This document shows positions 1-9,639 of a stretch of 64,000 bases of DNA, one piece after another. The position numbers and the translations under genes are program-made. This stretch comes from Chloroflexota bacterium. GTDB taxonomy: Bacteria > Chloroflexota > Limnocylindria > Limnocylindrales > CSP1-4. Position 1 is the stretch's first letter. Each line of letters begins with the position of its first letter. The notes under the pieces were generated by a model, which was not told the DNA's origin, did no database searches, and saw only the letters and a program-made list of their open reading frames with translations. The stretch covers positions 5,988 to 69,987 of the forward strand of contig JBJOLT010000015.1 of assembly GCA_046045415.1 (NCBI GenBank), in the 5' to 3' direction.

Positions 1-892
1 CGAAGAAGAAGGGGGTGAAGATCGCGCGGAGCGGGAGGATCTCGTGCTCCAGCTCCTTCGCGACCTCGGTCTCCGCGATGATCAGGCCGGCGACGAACGC
101 CCCGATGATCGCCGCGAGCCCGACGAAGTCGGCGAAGAGCGCGAGCGCGAGCATGAGGATGAGCGCGGGGACGAGCGGGGTCTCGGCGAACCGGGGGAAG
201 GTGAACGCCTCGCGCGGGAGGCCGCGGACTCGCCGCGCGACGGCGAACCCGAGGCCCACGAGGCCCACCGCGGAGACGGCGACGAGGAGGGTCGCGGCGG
301 AGACGTCCCCCTCCACGGCCCCGGTGAGGAGCCCGATCGCGATCAGCGCGAGGACGTCGTCGATCACGGCCGCCCCGAGGACGACCCGGGCGAACGGGCG
401 CGACAGGACCCCCATCTCCGCGAGGACCCGGCTCGTGATCCCGATGCTCGTGGCCGCGAGCGCGAGGCCGACGAAGGCGGCGCTCCCCGCCTCCTCGCCG
501 ACCGCGAGCGCGATCGCGACGCCCGCGCCGAGCGGGAGGAGCATCCCGATCACGGCGGTCGCCACCGCCGCCCGGCCGACGGCGAGGAGGTCGTCGGTCC
601 GGACCTCGAGCCCCACGGCGAAGAGGAGGATGACGACGCCGATCTCGGAGAAGGTGATCGCCGTCTCGCCCGGGACGACGAGCCCGAGCGCATGGGGACC
701 GACGAGGAAGCCGCCGACGAGCTCGCCGATGACGGCGGGCTGGCCGAGGCGCCGAGCGACCTCCTCGCCGAGCTTCGCCCCGACGAGGAGGATGAAGAGC
801 CCGAGGAGGACGTCGGTGGGCGCGCCGCCCGCCGCCGGCGCGGCGATACCGCCCGGCAGCGGCGGCGCGATGAGCGCGAGCAGCCCGTCCAT
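1..892 (-). CDS. Cation:proton antiporter, CPA1/CPA2 (Na+/H+ exchanger / KefB-like) family. The N-terminal about 297 aa are present and the 3' end is cut off by the window edge.
   Basis: This gene is not in the ORF track because it has no stop inside the window. My own minus-strand translation starts at the ATG at 890-892 and reads MDGLLALIAPPLPGG...DVLLGLFILLVGAKLGEEVARRLGQPAVIGELVGGFLVGPHALGLV...GVVILLFAVGLEV...AVIDDVLALIAIGLL... This is a multi-helix hydrophobic protein with Na+/H+-exchanger hallmark blocks. The competing plus-strand ORFs 15..977 and 44..1048 are Arg/Asp/Pro-rich junk. Confidence 0.7.
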   Translation of the reverse strand, partial: MDGLLALIAPPLPGGIAAPAAGGAPTDVLLGLFILLVGAKLGEEVARRLGQPAVIGELVGGFLVGPHALGLVVPGETAITFSEIGVVILLFAVGLEVRTDDLLAVGRAAVATAVIGMLLPLGAGVAIALAVGEEAGSAAFVGLALAATSIGITSRVLAEMGVLSRPFARVVLGAAVIDDVLALIAIGLLTGAVEGDVSAATLLVAVSAVGLVGLGFAVARRVRGLPREAFTFPRFAETPLVPALILMLALALFADFVGLAAIIGAFVAGLIIAETEVAKELEHEILPLRAIFTPFFF

Positions 893-905
893 CGACCCTC
901 CCCGG

Positions 906-933
906 CGCGGGCGCCGGCCGTCCGGCGCCCGCG
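906..933 (-). terminator. Perfect 12-bp GC stem (cgcgggcgccgg / ccggcgcccgcg) with a 4-nt loop, lying between the heliorhodopsin stop (949) and the antiporter start (892). No U-tract follows.
   Basis: The inverted repeat was read directly: 906-917 cgcgggcgccgg, loop ccgt, 922-933 ccggcgcccgcg. It sits in a 56-nt intergenic gap. It could be a factor-independent terminator of the high-GC type, or an RNA processing or stability hairpin. Confidence 0.3.
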
Positions 934-948
934 AGTCTCAGCGGCGGT

Positions 949-1770
949 TCAGCCGCCCGGGCGGAGCGTCCCCGTGAAGACCTGCCACGCGAGGAGGGTC
1001 TTCGCGATGAGGCTCATCGCCATGTACGTCTTCTCGCCGGCGAGGTAGTCCTTCCAGCGGCCCACCTGCTTGTACTGGAGGACCATCGTGATCGCGAAGA
1101 CGTTGAAGGCGAGGAAGAGCGACGCGATGATCGCGTAGACGAACGCCGGGATCTGCGCCTCCTCCGGGAGGTCCGGCTGGACGGAGTACGCGACGACGAG
1201 CCCGAGGATCGCGATCCACGGGATGATCCCGGCGATGCACCCGAAGATGTAGTGCTTCCAGTCGACCTTCTCGCCCTTGGCGAGCCGGCCCTCGTTCGCG
1301 GCCTCCATCGACCAGCCGAAGAGGTTCATCGCGACGTTGCAGCCGGCGATCGCGATGAGCGCCGAGAACTCGTTGATGAACGAGAGGCTGGAGATCGCGA
1401 GGATCATCACCGTCGAGCTGAACGCGTACTCCACCCAGCGGAGCGGGTTCATCCCCCGGGCGAGCCACCCCTCGTAGCGCGAGCGGAGGAACCAGCCGGC
1501 GGTCGCGTGGGCGAGCGCGCTCATCGCGAAGAAGCTCGCGATGAACCAGGCGAGCGGGATGTCGAAGAGGGCGAGCTGGACCTCCTCGAGGCCGGCGAAC
1601 GTGCCGTTCTCGAAGATCGGCTTCGCCGTCGTGATGAACGGCGCGAAGCGCGCCTCGGTCGTGCCGACCGCCACCATGACCACGGCCTGGATGCCGTGGA
1701 GGAGCGTGAGCGCGCGGTTCCACCGCGCGAGGGACCGGCTCCGGCCGGGATCGATCGCAGTCGCCGTCAT
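949..1770 (-). CDS. Heliorhodopsin (microbial rhodopsin superfamily, HeR family), 273 aa, seven transmembrane helices.
   Basis: Blocks match heliorhodopsin 48C12 as I recall it: RWVEY (the counter-ion Glu region), FGCIAGIIPWIAIL, VLQYKQVGRWKDYLAGEKTYMAMSLIAKTLLAWQVF. The retinal Schiff-base Lys lies in SLIAKT of the last helix. Confidence 0.9.
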   Translation of the reverse strand: MTATAIDPGRSRSLARWNRALTLLHGIQAVVMVAVGTTEARFAPFITTAKPIFENGTFAGLEEVQLALFDIPLAWFIASFFAMSALAHATAGWFLRSRYEGWLARGMNPLRWVEYAFSSTVMILAISSLSFINEFSALIAIAGCNVAMNLFGWSMEAANEGRLAKGEKVDWKHYIFGCIAGIIPWIAILGLVVAYSVQPDLPEEAQIPAFVYAIIASLFLAFNVFAITMVLQYKQVGRWKDYLAGEKTYMAMSLIAKTLLAWQVFTGTLRPGG

Positions 1771-1864
1771 CGGTTCGTCGTCTCCTTCGAGCGCAACAAC
1801 ATTCCCGCGGGATGGGCCCGCACCCCTTCCGTTCGGCCGCGTCCTCGGCGCGGATGGCTCCCGG

Positions 1865-2965
1865 TCAGCGTCGGGCGACGTCCGGGTTCGGGAGGACGAT
1901 CTCGCCGACCGTCGCGACGAGGTCGTGGTACGACTTGATGAAGCCGCGGAGCGTCCGCATCGTCGCGCCGTACGAGTCGAACTCGTCGACCGTCATCCCG
2001 TCGGGCTCGTACGCGCGCCGGAAGTCCGGGATCCGCTCCTCGAGCTCCCGCACCGTCGCCGGGTCGACCGGCACCGCCATCCGCTCGACCGGGTCGATCC
2101 CGCTCGCGTTGAAGCGGGCCTGCCACGCGTGCGGCATCGTGAGGATGACGTCGCCGCCGACGAACTCGGTCCAGTGGAGCCGGTGGCGGTACGCGGCGGC
2201 GAGCGCCCGCGTCCGGTAGCCCCGTTCGCGGTAGATCGCGTAGGCCCGCTTGAAGGCGGCGACGCCCGCCCAGTTCGTCGCGTCGGGGTGGACCGCGATC
2301 GCGTCGCGCTCCACGAGGACCTTCATCCAGTCGTCGAGCCGCCCCACCATGAGCGTGCAGACGGGCGTCATCGACGCGACGTCGTGACCCGCCGCCTCGC
2401 GCCGGACGAGGCCGCGCTCCACCGCCTCGGCGACGGCGATCATCTGCGGGACGGTGAACGAGACGGTCGCGTTGACGCTCACCCCGTGGAAGGTCGCCTC
2501 CTCGATCGCGGCGATCCCGGCGCGCGTCGCGGGGAGCTTCACCTGGATGTTCGGCGCGAGCGCGGCGAAGCGGATCGCCTGCTCGAGCATCCGCTCCGGA
2601 TCGACGTAGAAGGTCGGGTTCGTCTGGAGCGAGAGGCGACCCTTGCGCCCCCCCTCTCGCTCGAAGACCGGCCAGAGGATCGCCGCGCCGCGGACGGCCA
2701 TCTCCTCGACGATCGCCCAGGTGAGGACCTCCTCGGTCCACGTCGGGTGCTCGGCGCGGAGGGCGAGGACCCGGTCGGTCCAGTGGGCCCGCTCCTTCTG
2801 CATCACCTCGAGGACGATCGACGGGTTCGAGGTGGCCCCGACGGCGCCCCGCTCGACGGCGTACGCGAGCTCCTCGACCGCGCACGAGTCGTTCCAGTAG
2901 TCGGTGAGGAAGCGGTCGGTCATCCGCTTCAGCGGGCTCTCGGTCGGCAGCATCGTCGTCGTCAT
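1865..2965 (-). CDS. tal: Transaldolase (long actinobacterial form, 366 aa).
   Basis: The N-terminal region contains SNPSIVLEV and the overall length fits the transaldolase family. Confidence 0.85.
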   Translation of the reverse strand: MTTTMLPTESPLKRMTDRFLTDYWNDSCAVEELAYAVERGAVGATSNPSIVLEVMQKERAHWTDRVLALRAEHPTWTEEVLTWAIVEEMAVRGAAILWPVFEREGGRKGRLSLQTNPTFYVDPERMLEQAIRFAALAPNIQVKLPATRAGIAAIEEATFHGVSVNATVSFTVPQMIAVAEAVERGLVRREAAGHDVASMTPVCTLMVGRLDDWMKVLVERDAIAVHPDATNWAGVAAFKRAYAIYRERGYRTRALAAAYRHRLHWTEFVGGDVILTMPHAWQARFNASGIDPVERMAVPVDPATVRELEERIPDFRRAYEPDGMTVDEFDSYGATMRTLRGFIKSYHDLVATVGEIVLPNPDVARR

Positions 2966-2987
2966 CGTCGCGTCCCCATCGAGCGTC

Positions 2988-3830
2988 TCACGACCGCGGC
3001 GCGGCCGGGTCCCAGTCCATCAGCCAGCGGTGGTCCGGATCCACCGTGAAGTGCCAGGCCCGGTTCGGGCCCGCCATCACGTTCAGGTACCAGCCGTCGT
3101 ACCCGGCCGGTGCGCCGAACGGGTGATAGCCGCGCGGGACGAGGACGAGGTCGAGGTCGCCGACCGCGTAGGACTCGTCGAGCGAACGGTCCGCCGTGTA
3201 GACCCGCTGGAAGCCGAAGGCACCGGGCCGCGCGAACCGATAGAGGTAGAGCTCCTCGAGGAGCGCCTCGGTCGGCGGGTCCTCCGTATCGTGCTTGTGC
3301 GGCGGATAGCTCGACCAGTTCCCGCCCGGCGTGATCACCTCGAACGCGATGAGCCGGCCGGCCTCCATCGCGGGCGACATGAGGTGGTGGACCCGCCGCT
3401 CGGTGACGCCGCTCCCGCGCGTCTCGGCGCGGATCGCGTCGGCGGGGACGACCGCGGTCCGGTGGAGCGGGCCCGCCGGGGCCGAGGCGATCGCGACGAG
3501 CGAGTCGCGGGTCGCGGTCGCGGCGACGCCGACACCGGGTGCGACGAGGACGACCCCCGCGGGCGGGCCGTCGAAGACGGACGTCCGCGTCCCGACGGAC
3601 CCGGCGTCGACCCCGTCGAGCTCGATGCGGGCCGTCCCCTCGAGCACGAGGACGAGCCGCTCCCGGCCGTCCGCGGCAGGGCCGACCGAGCCGACCCGGT
3701 CGCCGTTCCGGAGCCGGTGGAGCTCGAGGCTCGTCCACGTCCAGCCGGCGTTCGACGGGTCGACCGCATGGACGAGCGACCCCGCGCCGGGACGGCGGAG
3801 GAGGGATCGGGCGCCCGCCGCGCTCAGATG
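2988..3830 (-). CDS. iolB: 5-deoxy-glucuronate isomerase IolB. The start codon is uncertain; no in-frame ATG/GTG/TTG lies near the expected N-terminus.
   Basis: The C-terminal 270 aa or so of the 824-aa ORF (...LVHAVDPSNAGWTWTSLELHRL...EVITPGGNWSSYPPHKHD...YLNVMAGPNRAWHFTVDPDH) match IolB. The rest of that ORF is Arg/Gly-rich artefact and overlaps iolD in another frame. Confidence 0.65.
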   Translation of the reverse strand, partial: HLSAAGARSLLRRPGAGSLVHAVDPSNAGWTWTSLELHRLRNGDRVGSVGPAADGRERLVLVLEGTARIELDGVDAGSVGTRTSVFDGPPAGVVLVAPGVGVAATATRDSLVAIASAPAGPLHRTAVVPADAIRAETRGSGVTERRVHHLMSPAMEAGRLIAFEVITPGGNWSSYPPHKHDTEDPPTEALLEELYLYRFARPGAFGFQRVYTADRSLDESYAVGDLDLVLVPRGYHPFGAPAGYDGWYLNVMAGPNRAWHFTVDPDHRWLMDWDPAAPRS

Positions 3831-5725
3831 AGCTCCCGACGCTGGGCGGCGAGTCCGCGCTCGTAGCGGTCGCGCGCCTCGCGGACGTTCTTCTGCGTGC
3901 TCGCCTCGGGGACCGGGACGTCCCACCAGCTCTCCTGGCCGGGGACGCGCCCCGCGGGGTCGGTCGGGACGACGACGACGGTCGGCCGGTCGCCGCCCCG
4001 CGCCCGGTCGAGGGCGGCGCGGATCTCGTCGGGTGTCCGCGCGGCGATCGCGACGGCTCCCATCGACTCGGCGTGGGCACGGAAGTCGATCGGGACCCAG
4101 TCGCCGACGAGCCGGTTCCGTGCCGGGTCGCGGAACCGGAGCTCGTTCCCGAAGTCGCGGACGCCCGAGCTCCGGGCGAGGTCCTGGATGCACTGGAACC
4201 CGTGGTTGTCGAGGACGACGATCGTGACGGGAAGCCGCTCGGCGACCGCGGTGACGATCTCGGAGTTCATCATCAGGTACGAGCCGTCGCCGACGATCAC
4301 GACGACCCGCCGGTCCGGCTCGGCGAGCTGGACGCCGAGCCCCGCCGCGATCTCGTAGCCCATGCACGAGTAGCCGTACTCGAGGTGGTACGCCTTCGGG
4401 TCCTCCGGCCGCCAGAGCTTCAGGAGGTCGCCCGGGAGGCTCCCCGCCGCGCAGACGACCGTCGCGTGGCCGCCGACCGCGTCGTTCACGATCCCGATGA
4501 TCTCCGGCTGGGCGAGGAGGCCGCCGTCGGCCGCGGCCGCCCCGCCGCTCCCGTGACGGTACCCGTCGACGCGGGCCTCCCACGTCCGCTTCTCCTCGGC
4601 GACCCGCTCCCGATAGCGGGGATCGGTCCCGGTCCAGCCGGCGGAGCGGAGCGCGGTCGCGAGCGCGACGAGGGCCTCGCGCGCGTCGGCGACGAGCGGC
4701 GTCGCCCGCATCTTCGCCGCGTCCATCCCGCCGATGTTGATCCCGATGAACGAGACGTCCGGATCCTGGAAGGCGGTCCGCGAGGCGGTGACGAAGTCGC
4801 CGAGCCGGCACCCCACCGAGACGACGAGGTCGGCGTCCCGTGCGAGCCGGTTCGCGGCGAGGCCGCCGGCGGACCCGACCGGGCCGACGTTCCACGGGTG
4901 GTCCCACGGGAGCGCGCCCTTCCCGGCCTGGCTCTCGGCGACGGGGATCCCGAAGTCGGTCGCGAGGGCGTCGAGCGCGGCGGACGCCTCGGCGTAGATG
5001 ACGCCGCCGCCGGCGACGACGATCGGCCGCTTCGCCGCCCGGATCCGCTCCACCGCCTCCGCGACGAACGCGGGCTCGGGGAGCGGCCGCCGGATCCGCC
5101 AGACCCGCTTCTCGAGGAACGAGACCGGCCAGTCGTACGCCTCCGCCTGGACGTCCTCCGGGAGGCTGATCGTCACCGCGCCCGTCTCGGCGGGGTCGGT
5201 GAGGATCCGGAACGCCTCGGGGAGGCTCGAGAGGAGCTGTTCCGGGCGGGAGATCCGGTCGAAGTAGCGCGAGACCGGCCGGAAGGCGTCGTTCGCGCTC
5301 ACGTCGCGCTCCACCGGGTGCTCGATCTGCTGGAGGACCGGATCGACGAGCCGGTTCGCGAAGTAGTCGGACGGGAGAAGGAGGACCGGGAGCCGGTTCA
5401 CCGTCGCGGTCGCGGCGCCGGTCACCATGTTCGTCGCCCCGGGCCCGATCGACGAGGTGCACGCGTAGGCGCGGAGCCGGTTCGCGTGCTTCGCGAAGGC
5501 GGTCGCGACGTGGACCTGCCCCTGCTCGTTCTGCGGCCGGTAGTACGGGAGCGCGACCTCGTCGCCGAGCTCCTCGAGCGCCTGGCCGAAGCCGGCGACG
5601 TTGCCGTGGCCGAAGATCCCCCAGACCCCGGCGATGAAGCGCCCCTCGCGTCCGTCCCGCTCGACGTGCTGCGCCGCGAGGTGGCGGACGAGCGCCTGCC
5701 CGACCGTGAGCCGTACCGTCTTCAC
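3824..5725 (-). CDS. iolD: 3D-(3,5/4)-trihydroxycyclohexane-1,2-dione hydrolase IolD (a TPP-dependent enzyme), 633 aa.
   Basis: TPP-enzyme architecture: GIFGHGNV, the GDGSYLMMNSEIVTA TPP-binding motif and IolD-like length. Confidence 0.85.
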   Translation of the reverse strand: MKTVRLTVGQALVRHLAAQHVERDGREGRFIAGVWGIFGHGNVAGFGQALEELGDEVALPYYRPQNEQGQVHVATAFAKHANRLRAYACTSSIGPGATNMVTGAATATVNRLPVLLLPSDYFANRLVDPVLQQIEHPVERDVSANDAFRPVSRYFDRISRPEQLLSSLPEAFRILTDPAETGAVTISLPEDVQAEAYDWPVSFLEKRVWRIRRPLPEPAFVAEAVERIRAAKRPIVVAGGGVIYAEASAALDALATDFGIPVAESQAGKGALPWDHPWNVGPVGSAGGLAANRLARDADLVVSVGCRLGDFVTASRTAFQDPDVSFIGINIGGMDAAKMRATPLVADAREALVALATALRSAGWTGTDPRYRERVAEEKRTWEARVDGYRHGSGGAAAADGGLLAQPEIIGIVNDAVGGHATVVCAAGSLPGDLLKLWRPEDPKAYHLEYGYSCMGYEIAAGLGVQLAEPDRRVVVIVGDGSYLMMNSEIVTAVAERLPVTIVVLDNHGFQCIQDLARSSGVRDFGNELRFRDPARNRLVGDWVPIDFRAHAESMGAVAIAARTPDEIRAALDRARGGDRPTVVVVPTDPAGRVPGQESWWDVPVPEASTQKNVREARDRYERGLAAQRRELI

Positions 5726-5771
5726 CCGATGCTCCTCTCGCGTCGCGACCCGCCGGGACGGACCGCTCGCG

Positions 5772-6776
5772 TCAGCGGTTCTTCCGCTCGTCGATGATGA
5801 TCGCGGCGACGATGATCACGCCCTTGACGACCTGCTGGTAGAAGGGCGAGACGTTCAGCAGGTCGAGGCCGTTGTTCATCACGCCGATGATCAGCGCTCC
5901 GACGACGGTCCCCCAGACGGTCCCGATCCCGCCCGCGAAGCTCGTCCCGCCGATGACGGCGGCCGCGATCGCGTCGAGTTCGTACCCCATCCCGAGGGCC
6001 GGCGTCGCCGACTCGACCCGGGCGGTGAGGACGACGCCGCCGAGGCCCGCGAGGAGCCCGGAGATCATGTAGATGAAGACCTTCGTCCGCGCGACGTTGA
6101 TCCCGGAGACCCGCGCCGCGGTCTCGTTCCCGCCGATCGCGTAGATGTGGCGGCCGAAGCGCGTGAAGTTCAGCATCACGTGCATGAGGACGACGACCGA
6201 GAGGAAGACGACGATCGGGACGGGGATCCCGAGGAGGTCGCCGCCGCCGATCCAGAGGAAGTCCTCGTTCAGCGTCGAGACCGGCCGCCCGTTCGAGTAG
6301 ATGTACCCGAAGCCGCGGGCCGCCGTCATCATCCCGAGCGTCGCGATGAACGGCGGGATCCTGAAGCCCGCGATGAGGAGGCCGTTCGTCATCCCGAGGA
6401 GGAGTCCGACGCCGAGGCCCGCGAGGACGGCGACGATCCCCGGGAGCTCGAGGCCCGGGTAGAGCGCCTGCTTCCAGCCGGGCTGCTGCACGAGGCTCGC
6501 GGCGACGAGCGCCGAGAAGCCGAGGATCGACCCGAGGGAGAGGTCGATCCCGAGCGTGATGATGCAGAGCATGACGCCGAGCGCGAGCAGGCCGATGACG
6601 GAGATCTGGCGCACGACGTTCAGCAGGTTCTGGCCCTGGACGAACGAGTTGTTCGGGGAGAAGACGGCGAGGATCGTGCACATCCCGAGGAAGATGAAGA
6701 CGATCAGGTACTTCCTCACGAAGCCGCTCGCGGCGGTCCGGTCGAAGCGGCCGGCGGCGGCCGGGGCAGCGGTCAT
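5772..6776 (-). CDS. Sugar ABC transporter permease, RbsC/AraH-like with 10 TM helices; likely an inositol importer.
   Basis: Hydrophobic 334 aa. The RbsC-family conserved regions (GIDLSLGS, AIGGNETAARVSGINV) are present. Confidence 0.8.
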   Translation of the reverse strand: MTAAPAAAGRFDRTAASGFVRKYLIVFIFLGMCTILAVFSPNNSFVQGQNLLNVVRQISVIGLLALGVMLCIITLGIDLSLGSILGFSALVAASLVQQPGWKQALYPGLELPGIVAVLAGLGVGLLLGMTNGLLIAGFRIPPFIATLGMMTAARGFGYIYSNGRPVSTLNEDFLWIGGGDLLGIPVPIVVFLSVVVLMHVMLNFTRFGRHIYAIGGNETAARVSGINVARTKVFIYMISGLLAGLGGVVLTARVESATPALGMGYELDAIAAAVIGGTSFAGGIGTVWGTVVGALIIGVMNNGLDLLNVSPFYQQVVKGVIIVAAIIIDERKNR

Positions 6777-6791
6777 CGTCCTCTTCCTCCG

Positions 6792-8291
6792 TCAGGCCGC
6801 CGGGGCGGCGATCGTCGCCGCCTCGAGGACCTTCTCCTGCGTCACGTCCGCGCGGGTGAACTCGGCGGTGATCCGGCCCCCGGCCATCACGAGGACCCGG
6901 TCGCTCATCCCGAGGATCTCGGGGAGCTCCGACGAGACCATGAGGATCGCCTTCCCCTGCTTCGCGAGGCCGGACATGAGGCGGTGGATCTCCGCCTTCG
7001 CGCCGACGTCGATCCCGCGGGTCGGTTCGTCGATCATGAGGATCTCCGGGCCGGTGAGGAGCCAGCGCGAGACGAGCACCTTCTGCTGGTTCCCGCCGGA
7101 GAGGAGCCGGATCAGCTGGGCGAGGCTCGGCGTCTTGATCGCGAGCGCGTCCCGCTCGCGCGCGCACTCGACGTCCATCTGCCGCTTCCGGAGGAAGCCG
7201 CCGGGGCTGAACCGGGCGAGGCTCGCGACCGTCATGTTGTCGCGGACGGGGAGGACCCCCATGATCCCGGTCAGCTTCCGGTCCTCGGTGAGGAGGCCCA
7301 TCCCGGCGGCGATCGCGTCGGCGGGCTGACGGATCCGGATCGGCTTCCCCTCGACGAGGACCTCGCCGCGGTCCACCTTCGTGACGCCGAAGATCGCCTC
7401 GAGGACCTCGGTCCGCCCCGCGCCCATCAGCCCGGCGAGGCCGAGGATCTCGCCCCGGCGGAGGTCGAACGTGATGTCCTCGATGACGCCCTCGCGGGTG
7501 AGGCCGCGGACCGAGAGGACGACCTCGCCGATCGCGGCATGCTCCTTCGGGAAGAGGTGGGTCAGCTCGCGCCCGACCATGAGCGAGATGAGCTTCTGGC
7601 GGTCGAGCTCGCCGGCCTCCTTCGTGGCCACGTGCCGGCCGTCGCGGAAGACGGTGACGCGGTCGGCGATCCGGAAGACCTCGTCCATCTTGTGGGTGAT
7701 GTAGATGACCGCGACGCCGCTCCCGCGGAGCGACCGGATGATCCGGTGGAGGTGGGCGACCTCGCGCTCGCTGATCGCCGAGGTGGGCTCGTCCATGACG
7801 ATGAGCTTCGCGTCGTAGGAGATCGCCTTCGCGATCTCGACCATCTGCGTCTGCGCGACGCTCAGGGTCCGCATGACGGCGCGCGGGTCGATCTCGATCT
7901 CCCAGCGCGCGAAGAGCTCGCGGCTCGCGGCGATCATCCGGCGCCGGTCGACGAGACCGAGGCGGTTGAGCGGCTCCCGCCCGAGGAAGATGTTCTCCGC
8001 GACGATCATCTCGGGGACCGGCGCGAGCTCCTGGTGGATCATCGAGATCCCCAGCCGGAGCGCGGTCGCGCTGTCGGGGATCGCCACGTCCCGACCGTCG
8101 AAGTGGATCGTCCCGGCGTCGGCGTGGTAGATGCCGGCGAGGACCTTCATGAGCGTCGACTTGCCGGCGCCGTTCTCGCCCATGAGCGCATGGACCGTCC
8201 CGCGCTCGACCTCGAGGTGGACGTCGTCGAGCGCCTGGACGCCCGGGAACGCCTTCGAGATGCCCGTCATCCGGAGGAGCGGCTCACCCAT
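6792..8291 (-). CDS. Sugar ABC transporter ATP-binding protein with a tandem nucleotide-binding-domain (NBD) fold (RbsA/MglA-like), 499 aa.
   Basis: Two Walker A motifs (GENGAGKST; GLMGAGRT), two LSGG signatures and two Walker B motifs. Confidence 0.85.
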   Translation of the reverse strand: MGEPLLRMTGISKAFPGVQALDDVHLEVERGTVHALMGENGAGKSTLMKVLAGIYHADAGTIHFDGRDVAIPDSATALRLGISMIHQELAPVPEMIVAENIFLGREPLNRLGLVDRRRMIAASRELFARWEIEIDPRAVMRTLSVAQTQMVEIAKAISYDAKLIVMDEPTSAISEREVAHLHRIIRSLRGSGVAVIYITHKMDEVFRIADRVTVFRDGRHVATKEAGELDRQKLISLMVGRELTHLFPKEHAAIGEVVLSVRGLTREGVIEDITFDLRRGEILGLAGLMGAGRTEVLEAIFGVTKVDRGEVLVEGKPIRIRQPADAIAAGMGLLTEDRKLTGIMGVLPVRDNMTVASLARFSPGGFLRKRQMDVECARERDALAIKTPSLAQLIRLLSGGNQQKVLVSRWLLTGPEILMIDEPTRGIDVGAKAEIHRLMSGLAKQGKAILMVSSELPEILGMSDRVLVMAGGRITAEFTRADVTQEKVLEAATIAAPAA

Positions 8292-8443
8292 CCCTGCCTC
8301 GCGACCTCAGGCTCGTCACACTGCCGCCGGTCACCGTGAACCGGCCCTGAAACGCCGTTCGGAGGCCCGGCGAACCGGGCCTCCGAACGGTACCACTCGC
8401 GGTGTTCGCTTCGACCGCCCCGGAGGGACGGCCTCGCGGGCTC

Positions 8444-9412
8444 CTAGTTGGCGCCCAGGTAGTCCGCGATGTTCGCCGGGGTCACGAGGACATACGGGAT
8501 GTCGACGTAATCCGGCACGGTCTTGCCGTTGATGAGGTCGACGGCCGCCTGGACGCCGCCGCCACCCTGGCCGCTCGCGTCCTGGAAGACGGTGACCTCG
8601 AGCTCGCCCGCCTGCATCGCGGCGAGCGCCTCGGAGGTCGCGTCGACACCGCCGACGAAGACCGTGTCGAGGAGCCCGGCCGCCTTGAGGGCGTTGATCG
8701 CGCCGAGCGCCATCTCGTCGTTGTTCGCGCAGACGACGTCACCGGCCTTGAGGATGCCCGACTGGATCCAGTTCTCGGTGATCGCCTGGCCCTTCGCGCG
8801 GTCCCAGTCGCCGGCCTGCGTCGCGGCGACCTTCATCCCGACCTTCGCCGCAACGTCGTTGCAGCCCTGGGTCCGGAGGACGGCCGCCTCGTTCGAGACC
8901 TGGCCCTGGAGGATGACGATGTCACCCTTGTTGCCGGCGAGCTTCGCGAGCTCCTCCATCTCGACCGTGCCCGCGTAGAGCGAGTCCGAGCCGACATAGG
9001 GGACCCCGGCCTGCGACGGGTTCCGGTTGACGTAGACGAGCGGGATCCCCGCCGCCTTCGCCGCATCGGTCATCGGGCCGGCGGCGCTGGTGTCGACCGG
9101 GACGACGACGATCGCGGAGACCTTCTGCGAGATGAAGTTCTCGACCTGGCTGAGCTGGGTCGCGACGTCATCCTTCGCGTCGGTGATGACGAGCTCGACG
9201 CCGAGCTCCTCCGCCTTCGCCTTCATGCCGTCCTGGACGCGGCTGAGGAACGTGTCGCTGTTCGGGAACGCGGCCCCGATCGTGATGTCGCCGCCGCCGC
9301 TCCCGCCGTCGGCGGGGGCCTCGGACTCGGTCGTGCTCCCGGAGCACGCCGCGACGACGAGCATCGCGGCCATCAGCAGGCTCGCGAGCTTCCCGGTGCG
9401 CTGGAACGCCAT
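8444..9412 (-). CDS. Sugar ABC transporter periplasmic substrate-binding lipoprotein (RbsB-like).
   Basis: N-terminal lipoprotein signal (LLMAAMLVVAACSG) followed by a periplasmic-binding-protein type I fold of RbsB-like length. Confidence 0.8.
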   Translation of the reverse strand: MAFQRTGKLASLLMAAMLVVAACSGSTTESEAPADGGSGGGDITIGAAFPNSDTFLSRVQDGMKAKAEELGVELVITDAKDDVATQLSQVENFISQKVSAIVVVPVDTSAAGPMTDAAKAAGIPLVYVNRNPSQAGVPYVGSDSLYAGTVEMEELAKLAGNKGDIVILQGQVSNEAAVLRTQGCNDVAAKVGMKVAATQAGDWDRAKGQAITENWIQSGILKAGDVVCANNDEMALGAINALKAAGLLDTVFVGGVDATSEALAAMQAGELEVTVFQDASGQGGGGVQAAVDLINGKTVPDYVDIPYVLVTPANIADYLGAN

Positions 9413-9517
9413 CTACGGATTCCTCCTCTGTCTCACCGATCGGCCGGTCCGTGCCCCGAGGGTCACGCGTCCCGTCGGTCGGTCATCGATTGCCGGACGC
9501 TACCGAGCCGGCATCGC

Positions 9518-9538
9518 ACGCGTCAAGCGATGACGCGC
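9518..9538. promoter_or_regulatory. Inverted repeat cgcgtca-agcga-tgacgcg (7-bp arms, 5-bp spacer) in the promoter region of the minus-strand ABC/iol operon. It is followed by a tandem direct repeat cgatccgcgac x2 at about 9583-9606.
   Basis: Read directly from the 227-nt intergenic region between the iolE stop (9640) and the substrate-binding-protein start (9412). This is a candidate repressor operator. Confidence 0.25.
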
Positions 9539-9639
9539 GAGATGGCGACACTTTACGGTCTCCGGGCGCGCTCGTCATCACCGATCCGCGACCGATCCGC
9601 GACCGCGCCGAGTCCGACGGGCGCCGGGGGACGGGGCCC

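Noticed and set aside
15-1048. Plus-strand ORFs 15..977 and 44..1048 at the window start.
   Set aside because: Their composition is junk (RDDQAGDERPDD...). The minus strand of the same region encodes a convincing CPA-family antiporter N-terminus.
2988-5462. An 824-aa minus-strand ORF read as a single gene.
   Set aside because: Only the C-terminal 270 aa or so (IolB) are protein-like. The N-terminal 550 aa are Arg/Gly-rich and overlap iolD in another frame on the same strand.
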